A stretch of DNA of 64,000 nt from Longimicrobiales bacterium (GCA_965238005.1 OZ250165.1:4775170-4839169), one strand, 5' to 3'. Positions 1-11,000 are shown, counted from the first letter of the stretch. Notes: generated from the sequence alone by a model not told the origin. Translations and numbers: made by a program.

Positions 1-221
1 ACAGCCGCCCTGGCGAACTCCGGCGGCGTGCTCGCCCGTTCTACGGGTTCGGAGATTACGCCGAGCAAACGATGCTTGACAACCGATGGTCCTACTCGAC
101 AGGCACACGGCCTTCTGGATGGGCGACCTGGAGGCCTAGTCCGGCAGGGATCGGTTCGGGCGGTTCAGGACGTCCGACCTCGCGGTGACCGGCTACCCGG
201 ACCGACGGGCGTAAGGCCACC

Positions 222-1847
222 CTATCTCGGGCCCGCCTCCTTCACGTCCTCGGGGACGTGGTCCTCGAAGTTGCCGAAGTTCTCTTTGAACATGGAGGCC
301 AACTTCTCGGCGGCTGCGTCGTACTCGGCCCCGTCGGCCCAGGTGGTGCGCGGGGTGAGGATCTCGGCGGGCACGCACGCCACCTCCGCTGGGATCTGCA
401 GCCCGAAGACCGGATCGGCCTCGGTGGCGACCCCATCCAGCTCACCGGCCAGCGCGGCGCTCACCATGGCCCGCGTGTACGACAGCTTCATGCGGCTTCC
501 CACACCGTATCCCCCCCCACTCCACCCGGTGTTCACGAGCCAGACACTGGAGCCGTGCTCCCGGAGTCGCTCACCGAGCATCTCGGCGTACTCCCCCGGG
601 TGTCTCGGCAGGAACGGCGCCCCGAAGCAGGCGCTGAAGGTTGCCTTGGGCTCGGTGATCCCCCGCTCGGTCCCCGCCACCTTCGCCGTGTAGCCCGATA
701 CGAAGTGATACATGGCCTGCTCGGGCGAGAGCTTGGAGATGGGAGGCAGGACGCCGAAGGCGTCGGCCGTCAGGAACACCACGTTCTTCGGGTGCCCGCC
801 CAGACCCGGGACCACGGCGTTGGGAATGTAGTGGATGGGGTACGACGCACGGGTGTTCTCGGTGATGCTCCCGTCGTCGAAGTCGATCTCCCGGGTGTCG
901 TCGTCGAGGATGACGTTCTCGAGGATCGTCCCGAACATCTTGGTCGCCTGGTAGATCTCCGGCTCACCCTCCGGCGAGAGCTTGATGGTCTTCGCGTAGC
1001 AACCGCCCTCGAAGTTAAAGATCCCGGCCTCGCCCCAGCCGTGCTCGTCGTCGCCGATGAGCCCCCGCTGCGGATCGGCCGAAAGCGTCGTCTTGCCCGT
1101 GCCCGAAAGGCCGAAGAAGAGCGCCGTGTCGCCGTCGGGACCGACATTGGCCGAGCAGTGCATGGGCAGCACGCCCTGGTCCGGGAGCATGTAGTTCAGG
1201 ACCGAGAAGATCGACTTCTTGATCTCTCCGGCGTAGTTGGAGCCACCGATCACGACCTGGCGCTCCTGGAAGTTCAGGACGATGAACGTGCCGCTGTTCG
1301 TGCCGTGCCTCTCCGGGTCGGCCAAGAAGCCCGGCGCATGGAGCACCGTGAAGTCGGGCTGGAACTCCGCGAGCTCCTCGCCGGTGGGCCGCAGGAACAT
1401 GTTGTACGCGAACAGGTTGTGCCACGCGTTGTGCGTCACCACCCGGACGTTCAGTCCGTGACCCGGATGGGCGCCGGCCCTGGCGTCCCGGACGAACAGC
1501 TCCTGCCCGTTCAGAAAGGGGATGATCTCGTCACGAAGCACGTAGAAATGCTCTTCGCTCAGGGGCACGTTCAGGGCGCCCCAGTCGATGCTCTCGCCCG
1601 TAGCGGACTCCTTGACCGTGAACTTGTCGTTCGGCGAGCGCCCCGTGTGAGGGGCCGTAACGGCCGTGAACGCACCCATGTGGGCCAGTCGTCCCTCCCC
1701 CCGCGCCAGCGCCCGCTCGTAGAGCTGAGCGGGGGAGAGATTCCAGTGCACCTTCTTCTGCGGGTCGAGTCCGTGGGTGTCCAGTCCCGCTCGGGCGGAG
1801 GCCTTCGCTCCAATCATCGACCGATTGCCCTCGATCTGGGTCGCCAT
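222..1847 (-). CDS. pckA: Phosphoenolpyruvate carboxykinase (ATP)
   Basis: 541 aa with HTGRSPNDK, YAGEIKKS, MHCSAN, Walker A GLSGTGKTT, IGDDEHGW, NFEGGCYAK and FSACFGAPF motifs. Confidence 0.97.
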   Translation of the reverse strand: MATQIEGNRSMIGAKASARAGLDTHGLDPQKKVHWNLSPAQLYERALARGEGRLAHMGAFTAVTAPHTGRSPNDKFTVKESATGESIDWGALNVPLSEEHFYVLRDEIIPFLNGQELFVRDARAGAHPGHGLNVRVVTHNAWHNLFAYNMFLRPTGEELAEFQPDFTVLHAPGFLADPERHGTNSGTFIVLNFQERQVVIGGSNYAGEIKKSIFSVLNYMLPDQGVLPMHCSANVGPDGDTALFFGLSGTGKTTLSADPQRGLIGDDEHGWGEAGIFNFEGGCYAKTIKLSPEGEPEIYQATKMFGTILENVILDDDTREIDFDDGSITENTRASYPIHYIPNAVVPGLGGHPKNVVFLTADAFGVLPPISKLSPEQAMYHFVSGYTAKVAGTERGITEPKATFSACFGAPFLPRHPGEYAEMLGERLREHGSSVWLVNTGWSGGGYGVGSRMKLSYTRAMVSAALAGELDGVATEADPVFGLQIPAEVACVPAEILTPRTTWADGAEYDAAAEKLASMFKENFGNFEDHVPEDVKEAGPR

Positions 1848-1923
1848 TGATCGGTCCTCTATTCCTTCTCTTCAGTAGAGCTCAACACCGAGAAAACACC
1901 GACCGTCTGGGTCGAGTCCGGCA

Positions 1924-4191
1924 CTAATCTTGTGCAGATCGGGCCTGGGCGTCCACCGACGCCAGAGTGACCAGATTCACGACGTCCTGGACGGTGGATC
2001 CCCGCTGCAGGAAGTGCACGGGATGCTTCATCCCCAGCAGGATCGGACCGATCACATCCGCCCCTCCGATCTCCGCCAACAACTTATAGGAAGCGTTGGC
2101 GGAAGCGAGGTTCGGGAAGATGAGCACGTTGGCCGCCCGCGTGAGCGTGCTGAACGGATACTGCTCCCGCAAGAGCTCCGTGTTGACCGCCGTGTCAGCC
2201 TGCATCTCGCCGTCGACCTCCAGATCCGGGCGGAGCGCCTTCACCTGGTCGACGGCCGCCCGCACCTTCTCGGACTCGAGATGGCGAGCCGATCCGAAGT
2301 TGGAGAACGAGAGCATGGCGATGCGCGGCTCGATTCCGAGATTCTCCACGAAGCCGGCTGTGAGCAGAGCGATGTCCGTGAGAGCATCCGCGTCTGGGTC
2401 GATGTTTACGGCGGTGTCGCCGAAGAAGAGGAGCTCCCTGTCGCGGAGCGCCACCATGTACATGGCGGCCACCCTCCGCACCCCGTCGGCCCGACCGAGA
2501 ACCTCCAGCGCCGGCCGCAAGAGCTCCGCATAGTGGGACTCGATGCCGGCGACCATGGCGTCGGCGTCACCTCGCCGGATCATCATGCCGGCGAAGTAGC
2601 CCGGCTGGTACATCCGCGAACGAGCCTCGGCGCGGGTCAGTCCCTTCCGCAGACGGGACTGGTACAGCTCCTCGGCGTATTCATGGCGCGCCTCGTCGCT
2701 CAGGATCGGGTGGACGATCTCAGTGCCGGTAATGTCGACGCCGTGGAGCTCACAGATCTTGTGGACCTTGTCTTCCCGGCCGATGAGGACCGGAATCGCG
2801 ACGCCGTCCTCCACGATCTGCTGGCAGGCACGGATCACGCGCTCGTTGTAGCCGTCCGTGAGGACCACGCGCATGGGTCGCTTCCGCGCACGGCTGACCA
2901 TCCCTCGCATGACCTCGCCACTCGGCCCCAGGCTCGCCTTGAGCCGATCCTCGTACTCCACGAGGTCGATCTCCTCCCGCGCAACGCCGGACTCCATGGC
3001 CGCCTTCGCCACGGCCGGAGCCACGTGGAAGAGCACCCGGGAGTCGAACGGCTTGGGAATCAGGTACTCGTGGCCGAACTCGAAGGACTCGCCGCCATAG
3101 GCCGCGGTCACGGATTGCGGCACCGTGGCCTTCGCCAGATCGGCCAGGGCGCGGGTGGCCGCCAGCATCATCTCCTCGTTGATGGCCTTGGCCCGGACGT
3201 CCAGGGCGCCACGGAACAGGAACGGAAACCCGAGAACGTTGTTGACCTGATTCGGATAGTCCGAGCGCCCCGTAGCGACGATAGCGTCGTCCCGCACCTC
3301 GGCCACCTCTTCGGGCGTGACTTCTGGATCGGGGTTGGCCAGCGCGAAAATGATGGGACGCTTGGCCATGGAGGCCACCATCTCCTTGGTCACCAACCCG
3401 CGAACCGAGAGGCCGATGAACGCGTCGGCCCCTTTCATGGCGTCCTCCAGGGTACGGAGGTCGGTCCGGACGGCGAAGGGCGCTTTGTATTCGTTCATGC
3501 CCTCCTGGCGTCCCTCGTAAATCACCCCCTTGCTGTCCACAATGAGGATGTTCGCACGGAGAATCCCGATCCGCGTGAAGTGCTCCGCGGTGGAGATGGC
3601 CGACGCACCGGCGCCACTGAACACCACCTTGATCTTCGATGGCCTCTTTCCGACGAGCTCGAGTGCGTTCATGAGAGCCGCGGCGCTGATGATGGCGGTC
3701 CCGTGTTGGTCGTCGTGGAAGACCGGAATGTCCAGGCTCTCCTTGAGTCGCCTCTCGATGACGAAGCAGTCGGGAGCCTTGATGTCTTCCAAGTTGATTC
3801 CACCCACGGTCGGCTCGAGGAGCTCACAGAACCGGATCACGTCCTCCGGGTCCTCCGAGCCGACCTCCAGATCGAACACGTCGATGCCGGCGAACTTCTT
3901 GAAGAGCACGCCTTTGCCCTCCATGACCGGTTTCGACGCCATCGGTCCGATGTTGCCGAGTCCCAGAACCGCCGTCCCATTGGAGACAACAGCAACCAAG
4001 TTGCCGCGCGCCGTATAGTTGAAGACGTCGTCCGGTCTCTTGTGGATCTCTAGACAGGGCACCGCCACACCCGGACTGTACGCGAGAGACAGGTCTCTCT
4101 GAGTGCTCAGTGGCTTGGTGGGAAGGACCTCTATTTTGCCAGGGCGACCCTTGGTGTGATACTCCAAGGCCGCTTTGCTACGAGCGTCCAT
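1924..4191 (-). CDS. maeB: NADP-dependent malic enzyme with C-terminal phosphotransacetylase-like domain
   Basis: 755 aa; [52 protein letters not shown]-like C-terminus ([25 protein letters not shown]). Confidence 0.97.
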   Translation of the reverse strand: MDARSKAALEYHTKGRPGKIEVLPTKPLSTQRDLSLAYSPGVAVPCLEIHKRPDDVFNYTARGNLVAVVSNGTAVLGLGNIGPMASKPVMEGKGVLFKKFAGIDVFDLEVGSEDPEDVIRFCELLEPTVGGINLEDIKAPDCFVIERRLKESLDIPVFHDDQHGTAIISAAALMNALELVGKRPSKIKVVFSGAGASAISTAEHFTRIGILRANILIVDSKGVIYEGRQEGMNEYKAPFAVRTDLRTLEDAMKGADAFIGLSVRGLVTKEMVASMAKRPIIFALANPDPEVTPEEVAEVRDDAIVATGRSDYPNQVNNVLGFPFLFRGALDVRAKAINEEMMLAATRALADLAKATVPQSVTAAYGGESFEFGHEYLIPKPFDSRVLFHVAPAVAKAAMESGVAREEIDLVEYEDRLKASLGPSGEVMRGMVSRARKRPMRVVLTDGYNERVIRACQQIVEDGVAIPVLIGREDKVHKICELHGVDITGTEIVHPILSDEARHEYAEELYQSRLRKGLTRAEARSRMYQPGYFAGMMIRRGDADAMVAGIESHYAELLRPALEVLGRADGVRRVAAMYMVALRDRELLFFGDTAVNIDPDADALTDIALLTAGFVENLGIEPRIAMLSFSNFGSARHLESEKVRAAVDQVKALRPDLEVDGEMQADTAVNTELLREQYPFSTLTRAANVLIFPNLASANASYKLLAEIGGADVIGPILLGMKHPVHFLQRGSTVQDVVNLVTLASVDAQARSAQD

Positions 4192-4213
4192 TCGGAAGCC
4201 TTATTAGAGGGGA

Positions 4214-6019
4214 ATGTTTAGGTTAGCCGAGAAAAACCGAGTGTCAATCGCCGCCGCTGGAGAGCGTTGGGCCCGAAGTCTCACCCGAGCGCTGATCCTC
4301 CTCGCCGCGTTGACCGCCTCGGGGCCGGCTGGGCTTGTGGGACAGGCGTGTCCGAACGGCCAGATCTCCTTCATTTTCATAAACAGCCACTCGGTCTTCG
4401 ACACGACGAACGTCACCAACGGAAGGTCCTTCGAGTGGCTCTATAATTTCGCCAACTGGCTCCACATGGAGACAGACGAGGAGTTCATCCAGGGGGAGCT
4501 GCTCTTCAAAGTAGGCGATTGCTACGATCCGTTTCTGGTCGCGGAGTCGGAGAGAATCATCCGCCAACTGGGCTTCATCGCTCGGGTGGACGTATTCGCC
4601 GTCCCCCAGTCCGACGGGTCCGTCCACATCGTAGTGGACACGCAGGATGAGTGGACCCTCCAGGTGACGGTCCGCGCCCGTTTTGACGAGGGCTTCGAAG
4701 TCAACGGACTCGACGTCACGGAGAAGAACGTCCTTGGGAAGGGTGTCGCGGCCCGCGGCTTTTACTGGGAGCGCCGGGAAGCTCGCGAGATCGGAGGGGC
4801 GGTCCAGGCAGCCCGCTTCCTGGGCACCCGATGGGACGCCCAGCTCCAAGCGGGAGAGACCCGTGTCGGTCCTTTCTTCCAACAGGCCTTCGTTTATCCG
4901 TTCGTCGGCGAGGTGGGCCGGTACTTTGCCACCCAGTTCTACACCCGTCGGGAGGACCTCTTCGCATACGCCCTTCCGGAAGGCGGAGTGTACACACACG
5001 TCGTGACCCCCTTCTTGAGGAAGCGTGCCGAGCTCACAGTGGCAGGACGACTGGGAGAGGCGGGACGGCTGACGATCCTGGGCCTCGGGATCTCTCGAGA
5101 CGATCTCGACTTTGCGCGATTCGAGGAGGGTCCCGAGGCGGTCCGGAATCGGGACTTCGCGAACGCCGAGCCAGCCCCTCCGGAGCTGTCCGCGCCGGTC
5201 TCACCGCAGACCCGAGGACGCTCCGCGACCCGGCTCAACCTAATGCTCGGACAGAGGAACCTGCGGTTCGAGCGGCGGGCCGCTCTTGACGCTGTGCGCG
5301 GTGTCCAGGACGTACCTGTGGGCGGCGAGATCTCCCTGACGCTGGGTCGTAGCGTGGGGTTCCTCGGCCCCGACTCGGAAACGGAGGACGACAACTTCTT
5401 CGGACGCATCCGTGTCTTTGGAGGGCTGGCACCGGGCCGTTGGGTCCTCGCCGGAAATGTGGACTTCGAGGCCCGTCACATCTTCGACGGCCCCCAAGAA
5501 GGCTGGCGGGACGCCATTGGCGAATTCGACGTCTACACCTACTGGCAGCCGTTGGCCCTACCTCGCCACACGCTCTTCGCGCGGATCTCGGGGGCGGCGG
5601 GGTGGTCCATGACGGTTCCCTTCCAGCTCACGCTGGGAGGCCCGTCCAACCTCAGGGGCCACGGCCTCGACCACGCCCCGGGCGGCCGGCGACTGATCGG
5701 ATCGTTTGAGGACCGGATCTATCTTGGGTCGCCTGCTGGTAGTCTCTTCGACCTGGGGCTCACCGTGTTCCTGGACGTGGGCTCAGTCTGGCGGGGCGAC
5801 ACGCCGTTCGGCAGCAACTCCGGCTTCGGTGCTAGCGCCGGGGCCGGCCTACGCGTCGGCTTCCCCGGAGGTACCCGGGGAGTGATCCGGATCGACCTGG
5901 CGTTTCCGGTGAACGGCCCCGACGCCTTCAAGGAGCCCGTGTTCCGAATCACGGCCGCCGAGTTGCTCGGATTGCTGCAGGGATTCGAGGATCCACAGTT
6001 GCGCCGAAGCCGCCGGTAG
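4214..6019 (+). CDS. Omp85/BamA-TamA family outer membrane protein (POTRA-like domain plus beta-barrel)
   Basis: Signal-like N-terminus, POTRA-like ELLFKVGD..ESERIIR, TEKNVLGKG barrel start, LGGPSNLRGH loop motif, FLDVGSVW. Start codon uncertain. Confidence 0.75.
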   Translation: MFRLAEKNRVSIAAAGERWARSLTRALILLAALTASGPAGLVGQACPNGQISFIFINSHSVFDTTNVTNGRSFEWLYNFANWLHMETDEEFIQGELLFKVGDCYDPFLVAESERIIRQLGFIARVDVFAVPQSDGSVHIVVDTQDEWTLQVTVRARFDEGFEVNGLDVTEKNVLGKGVAARGFYWERREAREIGGAVQAARFLGTRWDAQLQAGETRVGPFFQQAFVYPFVGEVGRYFATQFYTRREDLFAYALPEGGVYTHVVTPFLRKRAELTVAGRLGEAGRLTILGLGISRDDLDFARFEEGPEAVRNRDFANAEPAPPELSAPVSPQTRGRSATRLNLMLGQRNLRFERRAALDAVRGVQDVPVGGEISLTLGRSVGFLGPDSETEDDNFFGRIRVFGGLAPGRWVLAGNVDFEARHIFDGPQEGWRDAIGEFDVYTYWQPLALPRHTLFARISGAAGWSMTVPFQLTLGGPSNLRGHGLDHAPGGRRLIGSFEDRIYLGSPAGSLFDLGLTVFLDVGSVWRGDTPFGSNSGFGASAGAGLRVGFPGGTRGVIRIDLAFPVNGPDAFKEPVFRITAAELLGLLQGFEDPQLRRSRR

Positions 6020-6290
6020 ACCTCCGGATAGCGGCGTCCCCGCCCGGTATCTAACAACCGCGACCTGCCATAATGACACCAGGGGACGCCATTCGTGGCT
6101 CGAACCCCCGCCCATTGAAGAAAACCTTTGACTCCAGAAACACACTTTTATAAGTTTCACACCCTTCGCCGCGACGCGAGTTAAGCTGTTCTCTTCGCCT
6201 CGTTTAGCAGGTCGCTTCGCGCCGAGGACGGCATGTTGTTTGCATAGCTCACGATCCCTCTCAACCTCCAAAACGAGGCGCCCGGAACGA

Positions 6291-7151
6291 ATGTTTTCAA
6301 CTTCCCGAGGCCTGGATTCGTTCGACCAGTATCTGCAAGACGTCGAGAAATACCCACTGATCCAGGACCCCGCGGAAGAGCGGGCCCTGGCACGCCGCGC
6401 CCGCACCGGCGACAAGGAGGCGGCCGAGCGCCTGGTCACCGCCAACCTGCGGTTCGTCATCTCATACGTGAAGAAGTACCAGGGCCGTGGCCTAGGCCTC
6501 GCCGAGCTCGTATGCATCGGCAACGAGGGGCTACTCAAAGCGGTGAAGAAGTTCGATCCGGACAAGGGCGTGAAGTTCATCTCGTACGCCGTTTGGTGGA
6601 TTCGCCAGACCGTCCTCCAGGCCCTTGCAGAGCAGACACGCTCGGTTCGCATCCCCCTCAACCAGAACTCGAATCTGGCCAAGCTGGCCCGGATCGACAC
6701 GGCTCTCACGCAACAGCTCGGGCGCTCACCGACGATCCAGGAGATCTCGCGTGAGATGGAGGAGCCCATCGAGACGATCCGTGCTCTCCGGCGAGTGGCG
6801 GCGAGCGAGCTCAGTCTCGACGCTCCCATCGATCGGAGCGACGGCAACAGCGCTAGCTTCGGTGAGAGGTTCGCCGGAGCCGAGGCCACCGACATCGAGG
6901 GGAATGTGGAGGCAATCGCCCGTCGGGACTTCCTCGAGACGATGTTCGACAGCTACCTCACCGAGCGCGAGCGGAAGATCCTGTACCTCTACTACGGCCT
7001 CGACGACGGTGAGGAGCGGACGTTGGAGGAGATCGGCTCACTCCTCGGCGTAACGCGCGAACGGATCCGCCAGATCCGGAACCGGGCGTTCGAGAAGCTC
7101 CGCGAGAGCCCCCACGGTGACTCTCTCTCGGGATTCTGGAGCGCGAACTGA
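6291..7151 (+). CDS. RNA polymerase sigma-70 factor, RpoD/SigA-like, lacking region 1.1
   Basis: Region 1.2 (DQYLQDV), 2.1 (LVTANLRFVIS), 2.3-2.4 (KFISYAVWWIRQ) and 4.2 (RTLEEIG..VTRERIRQI); ATG at 6291. Confidence 0.93.
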   Translation: MFSTSRGLDSFDQYLQDVEKYPLIQDPAEERALARRARTGDKEAAERLVTANLRFVISYVKKYQGRGLGLAELVCIGNEGLLKAVKKFDPDKGVKFISYAVWWIRQTVLQALAEQTRSVRIPLNQNSNLAKLARIDTALTQQLGRSPTIQEISREMEEPIETIRALRRVAASELSLDAPIDRSDGNSASFGERFAGAEATDIEGNVEAIARRDFLETMFDSYLTERERKILYLYYGLDDGEERTLEEIGSLLGVTRERIRQIRNRAFEKLRESPHGDSLSGFWSAN

Positions 7152-7174
7152 CGCCTCAAGCCACCTCGGCAATC

Positions 7175-7208
7175 AGGGCCCTGTCCGCGATCGGACGGGG
7201 CCCTTTTT
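7175..7208 (+). terminator. Rho-independent terminator after the sigma factor gene
   Basis: AGGGCCCTGTCCG-cgat-CGGACGGGGCCCT stem followed by a T run. Confidence 0.8.
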
Positions 7209-7257
7209 CGTGCCAGCGACGGGGGAACCGGCGCCGTGCGGTACGCGTACGATCTGC

Positions 7258-9330
7258 ATGACCGAGAAGCCCAGTCTGTCACTTCCCACCCGGACGCAGG
7301 GTCTCACCTCCACCATCTTCCTGCTGCTCGTTTGTCTCGTGCCCGGGGTGGAGGCGCAGTCCGACGGCGTATGGAACGGACCTAGAGCGATGGGGCTGGT
7401 AGGAGAGGCGAGGGATCTCCGCCAGGCCGTGGCCGTGGACTCGGCCTTTCAAGCGTACGAGGCCGACGCCAGGGGCTACATCTACTTCTTTCTGGACCGC
7501 CCCGACAGCGACGAGCGCACCTTGGTGAGGACCGACCAGATCGCGTTGCAGGTCTACTGGCGAGCCCCGGCGCAGACGAAGCAGCGGGTAGTCGGGCTCC
7601 GGGACGAGAAACAGCTCCCGACGAACATCAAGTACCACCTCGATCACCTCACCGTGGTGCAGGACGACTTCGGGGACCTCATCCGTTTGGGGGACGGAGA
7701 CGAGGTGGCTGCCGTCATACACCCCGTCGCACCCGGGTCCGAGGAGATCTACGACTTCCGTCTCACCGACTCCCTCACCCTTTCGCTTCCGGGCCCGACT
7801 CCGGACATCCGCGTGTACGAGGTCGAAGTCCGGCCCAAGGACCCAGGCTCTCCAGGGGTGATCGGGAGCGTGTTCCTGGAGCGAGGGTCCGGGGCTATCG
7901 TCCGGATGAACTTCACGTTCACGCCGGCTTCTTACGTCGACGGCAACCTGGACTACATCCGCATCTCCATGGACAACTCGGTCTGGGAGGGGAAGTACTG
8001 GCTCCCGTACCGCCAGGAAGTGGAGTTGAGGAGGGAGCTCCCGATCATCGACTTCCTGGCCGGCAGCGTCATTCGAGGCCGTTTCGAGATACGGAACTAC
8101 CAGTTCAACCCACAGCTGCCGGAGTACCTCTTCTTCGGTGGGCCGGTCTCGTCGGTTCCCCAGGCAGCGAGGGAGAACTTCCTGTTCGAAACGGGGCTGT
8201 ACGATCAGCTGGAGGAGGAGGGCCTCGAGACCTCGCCGGAGATCGAGGCCATCCGGCGACAGGCCATGACGGTGGTGGGTCGCCGATACCTGAGTGGGCT
8301 GAAGCCTTCCCGCCTCTACGTTCCTTTCGTCTCCTCGGTCTACAGGTACAACAGGGCGGAGGGCTCCTTCGCTGGAGCAGGTGCGGCCTTCATTCTCGGG
8401 CCCACCTGGAGACTGCAGTCCCACGGCGGGTACTCGTTCGGGCGTGACAAGGGCCAGCTCTCGGTGACCCTCGCCCGAACACCCTCCAATCAGGGACTTG
8501 GACTCCGTCTCCGATGGAACGAGCTGAACGACGCCAGCGGGCGACTACGCGGCTCCAGCGCAGCGATGAACAGCCTGGGGGGACTTCTGGCGGGAGAGGA
8601 TTACACGGATCCTTACTTCTCGTCGAGCGCGGAGCTGAGATACAGTTGGGCGGTGGGCAGCACAGGCACTCTGCGCTTGGCGGGAGTGTGGGAGCGCCAT
8701 CGCTCCGGGGGGAACGTGGTCGTGGACGCGGCCGGTGGAGCGGGCACGCATCGCCCCGTGCTCCCGGTCGATGAGGGAGACGGTTGGGCCCTCGAATTAT
8801 CCTACTCGAGGCGTATCGGGATGCGTGGCTTCACGACTTCGGCCACAGCGCGGATCGGCGCCTTCGATGACCGGAGCTACGGCTCGGTGTGGTGGGAGTC
8901 CAGCCTTCAGCGCCGGCTGCACTCGTCGGGCACGACGGTGGAAGGCCGCCTCCAGCTGGGCCTCTCCTCAAACGAGATTCCGGCTCAGTCGCTCTATCTC
9001 CTGGGTGGCAGACACACCCTGCCCGGATATCCGTACCGATCCTTCATCGGCGACCAGATGGCGCTCATGAGGGTCGAGGGTAGCCAGCCCTTGCTCGCAC
9101 CCTGGCTGTCCATACGGGCCTTCGTGGCCACCGGCAAGACGGGCTTCAGCCGCAACGAGTTGCCCGACGGATGGCCAGGCCGAAGCACCGACGGGCTCAG
9201 GAGCTCCGCAGGAGTGGGCCTCGGGCTCGGGTGGGACCTCCTGCTCCTCGACGTGGCGCGGGGCCTCAACGCGGACGGGGACTGGGAGCTCGTCCTCTCG
9301 GTGCAGCGTCGCTTCTGGGAGTGGCTCTAG
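7258..9330 (+). CDS. Exported outer-membrane beta-barrel protein (DUF5686/BamA-like C-terminus)
   Basis: Signal peptide (..VPGVEA-QS), YRYNRAEG barrel start, LGGRHTLPGY loop, aromatic C-terminus. Confidence 0.6.
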   Translation: MTEKPSLSLPTRTQGLTSTIFLLLVCLVPGVEAQSDGVWNGPRAMGLVGEARDLRQAVAVDSAFQAYEADARGYIYFFLDRPDSDERTLVRTDQIALQVYWRAPAQTKQRVVGLRDEKQLPTNIKYHLDHLTVVQDDFGDLIRLGDGDEVAAVIHPVAPGSEEIYDFRLTDSLTLSLPGPTPDIRVYEVEVRPKDPGSPGVIGSVFLERGSGAIVRMNFTFTPASYVDGNLDYIRISMDNSVWEGKYWLPYRQEVELRRELPIIDFLAGSVIRGRFEIRNYQFNPQLPEYLFFGGPVSSVPQAARENFLFETGLYDQLEEEGLETSPEIEAIRRQAMTVVGRRYLSGLKPSRLYVPFVSSVYRYNRAEGSFAGAGAAFILGPTWRLQSHGGYSFGRDKGQLSVTLARTPSNQGLGLRLRWNELNDASGRLRGSSAAMNSLGGLLAGEDYTDPYFSSSAELRYSWAVGSTGTLRLAGVWERHRSGGNVVVDAAGGAGTHRPVLPVDEGDGWALELSYSRRIGMRGFTTSATARIGAFDDRSYGSVWWESSLQRRLHSSGTTVEGRLQLGLSSNEIPAQSLYLLGGRHTLPGYPYRSFIGDQMALMRVEGSQPLLAPWLSIRAFVATGKTGFSRNELPDGWPGRSTDGLRSSAGVGLGLGWDLLLLDVARGLNADGDWELVLSVQRRFWEWL

Positions 9331-9440
9331 GGAACCTCTGCCTTCAGAGCGACGCCTAGGATCCGGGGGGGGGGGGGGGGCACCCGCCGAAGGCGGGTCG
9401 GCGCTCGTAACGAGGCCCACCAGACTTGTGCAGAGGTTCC
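9331..9440. mobile_element. 110-bp MITE with IS5-like ends, inserted at the stop codon of the upstream gene
   Basis: Perfect terminal inverted repeat GGAACCTCTGC/GCAGAGGTTCC flanked by CTAG on both sides (9327-9330, 9441-9444); internal G16 run at 9365-9380. Confidence 0.75.
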
Positions 9441-9731
9441 CTAGTGTGGTGTCCCAGAAGTTCGCGAACCACCGAGAGTGCCGAGGCGCCGGATCCGGAG
9501 TACCCGCGCCGTTAGGCGTGGGTCAGGCACCGACGACGAGGAATAGCAACGCGGGCACCGCGGCCGTGGTCCGAGGAGAGGGAACGCCGCAGGGCCGGAT
9601 GCATCGGTGCTCGAGCCGAGCGACCTTCATGCTCGCCGTGAGCGCCGAGTCGACCGCGAGACGATCGAGCGCAGCGAGATCAATGGCCGAGACACTTCTG
9701 GGACACCACACTAACACAAGCCGATACCGCC

Positions 9732-10106
9732 CTAGGCCGCGGCCCCCGCGGCCTCCGCCTCCTGCACGTCCACCGCCTCATTCGACGACGAGAGCAGCAC
9801 CAGCTCCCGGACGTTCACGTCGGCAGTGGGGATGCTCACTCCGTCTCGCTCGTAGGTGTCGTATTCGAGGTGGCCCTCCACGTAGATCCGGTCGCTCTTC
9901 TTGACGTAGTCCTCGGTGAACTGCGCCAGGCGGGCCCAGAGGGTGAGGCGGTGCCAGTCCGTCCTCTCCTGGGGATCGTCCCCGTAGGGGGGACGATTCG
10001 TCGCCATGGACATATGGACGACCTTGGTCCCGTTCTTCGTCTCACGGACGTCCGGATCGCCACCGACGTTGCCCACGAGAATGATCTTGTTGATGGTGCG
10101 GCCCAT
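9732..10106 (-). CDS. ssb: Single-stranded DNA-binding protein (short, no DDDIPF tail)
   Basis: INKIILVGNVGGDP, ATN, TDWHR, IYVEGHL OB-fold motifs; GGGAGG RBS upstream of ATG 10106. Confidence 0.93.
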   Translation of the reverse strand: MGRTINKIILVGNVGGDPDVRETKNGTKVVHMSMATNRPPYGDDPQERTDWHRLTLWARLAQFTEDYVKKSDRIYVEGHLEYDTYERDGVSIPTADVNVRELVLLSSSNEAVDVQEAEAAGAAA

Positions 10107-10520
10107 TCTGTTCCTCCCGCGTGTGAGTTCCGGCCGCCGAGGAGAGGACGAGTGATCTCCCGTCCGCGTCAGCCGGTCCGGAGTGGAGCAGTAAAGTGCT
10201 CGGCTGAGCGGGGCCTTGGGATGGCTGTACGGGACCGAGGGGCGCGGCGGGGAGGAACCGAAGCGGTTCCGAGTTCCTCTTCGGAGACGTATACGTATCT
10301 CTATATCCTGAGTATACGTACAAACGTGCATGTCCAAGAAGGCGCTGGACAAGTTTATGCATCGTGACAGAGAAGCAATGTCATGAGCTTTCGATTTGGC
10401 TTACAGCGACCGGGCCAGCATTCGCATCATCGAGAATGTCCCCTTTCGGCCAGAACCGGTCATTCAGATTAAGCCGCTGAGAGGCGATCAGTTCAGACAC
10501 CTGCCTGCTGGAATATTAGA

Positions 10521-10570
10521 AATTAGGGTCAGAGTAAAATTATCTACGAATTGTTACTCTGACCCCAATT
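10521..10570. repeat. REP-like inverted repeat (AT-rich hairpin)
   Basis: AATTAGGGTCAGAGTAA-16 nt-TTACTCTGACCCCAATT (16/17 paired). Confidence 0.65.
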
Positions 10571-10598
10571 ATTTCAAGTTTCGACGGTGTGCCAGCTA

Positions 10599-11000
10599 TC
10601 AGCTTTCCACAGCCGCACCAATCACGACGAGAACCGCGTAGTCTTGCTTGTTGCAGCTCTCGACTGGAGGCATCGGGCCCCCTGGAGTAACTGGAAATGC
10701 AGTCATCTGCGCCTTGGCCGGCGAACACGAATTATCACTCGTCGCCGGTGTGTAGCGCGCGGAGCGGCAGGCCAAGTGCGTCACATCATAGAGCGTCGCG
10801 CCGTTGTCGAGCTCCCAACGCTGAGTACCGTCCTTTTTCATAGGATGAACGGTCAGCACGGTCGTCACCTCGCGGAGACCTGTGACCAAGCATTTGCCAG
10901 GAGGGACCGGGAAGTCTGGATTCTCCATAATCAAGCCGTGTTCCTCCAACCACCAATCTGTGCTGTCGAATTTCCACTGTGCTGGGGCGACACCACCTCG
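10599..11000 (-). pseudogene. 5'-truncated fragment of a conserved-looking Cys-containing hypothetical protein
   Basis: The open frame extends upstream of 10949 as RGGVAPAQWKFDSTDWWLEEHGLIME with no plausible start, and abuts the FN3 gene out of frame. Confidence 0.5.

Noticed and set aside
258..4053. Long plus-strand ORFs (258-1850, 1930-4053)
   Set aside because: Antisense shadows of pckA and maeB, expected at high GC.
9523..9717. 64-aa ORF downstream of ssb
   Set aside because: No RBS or recognisable motif.
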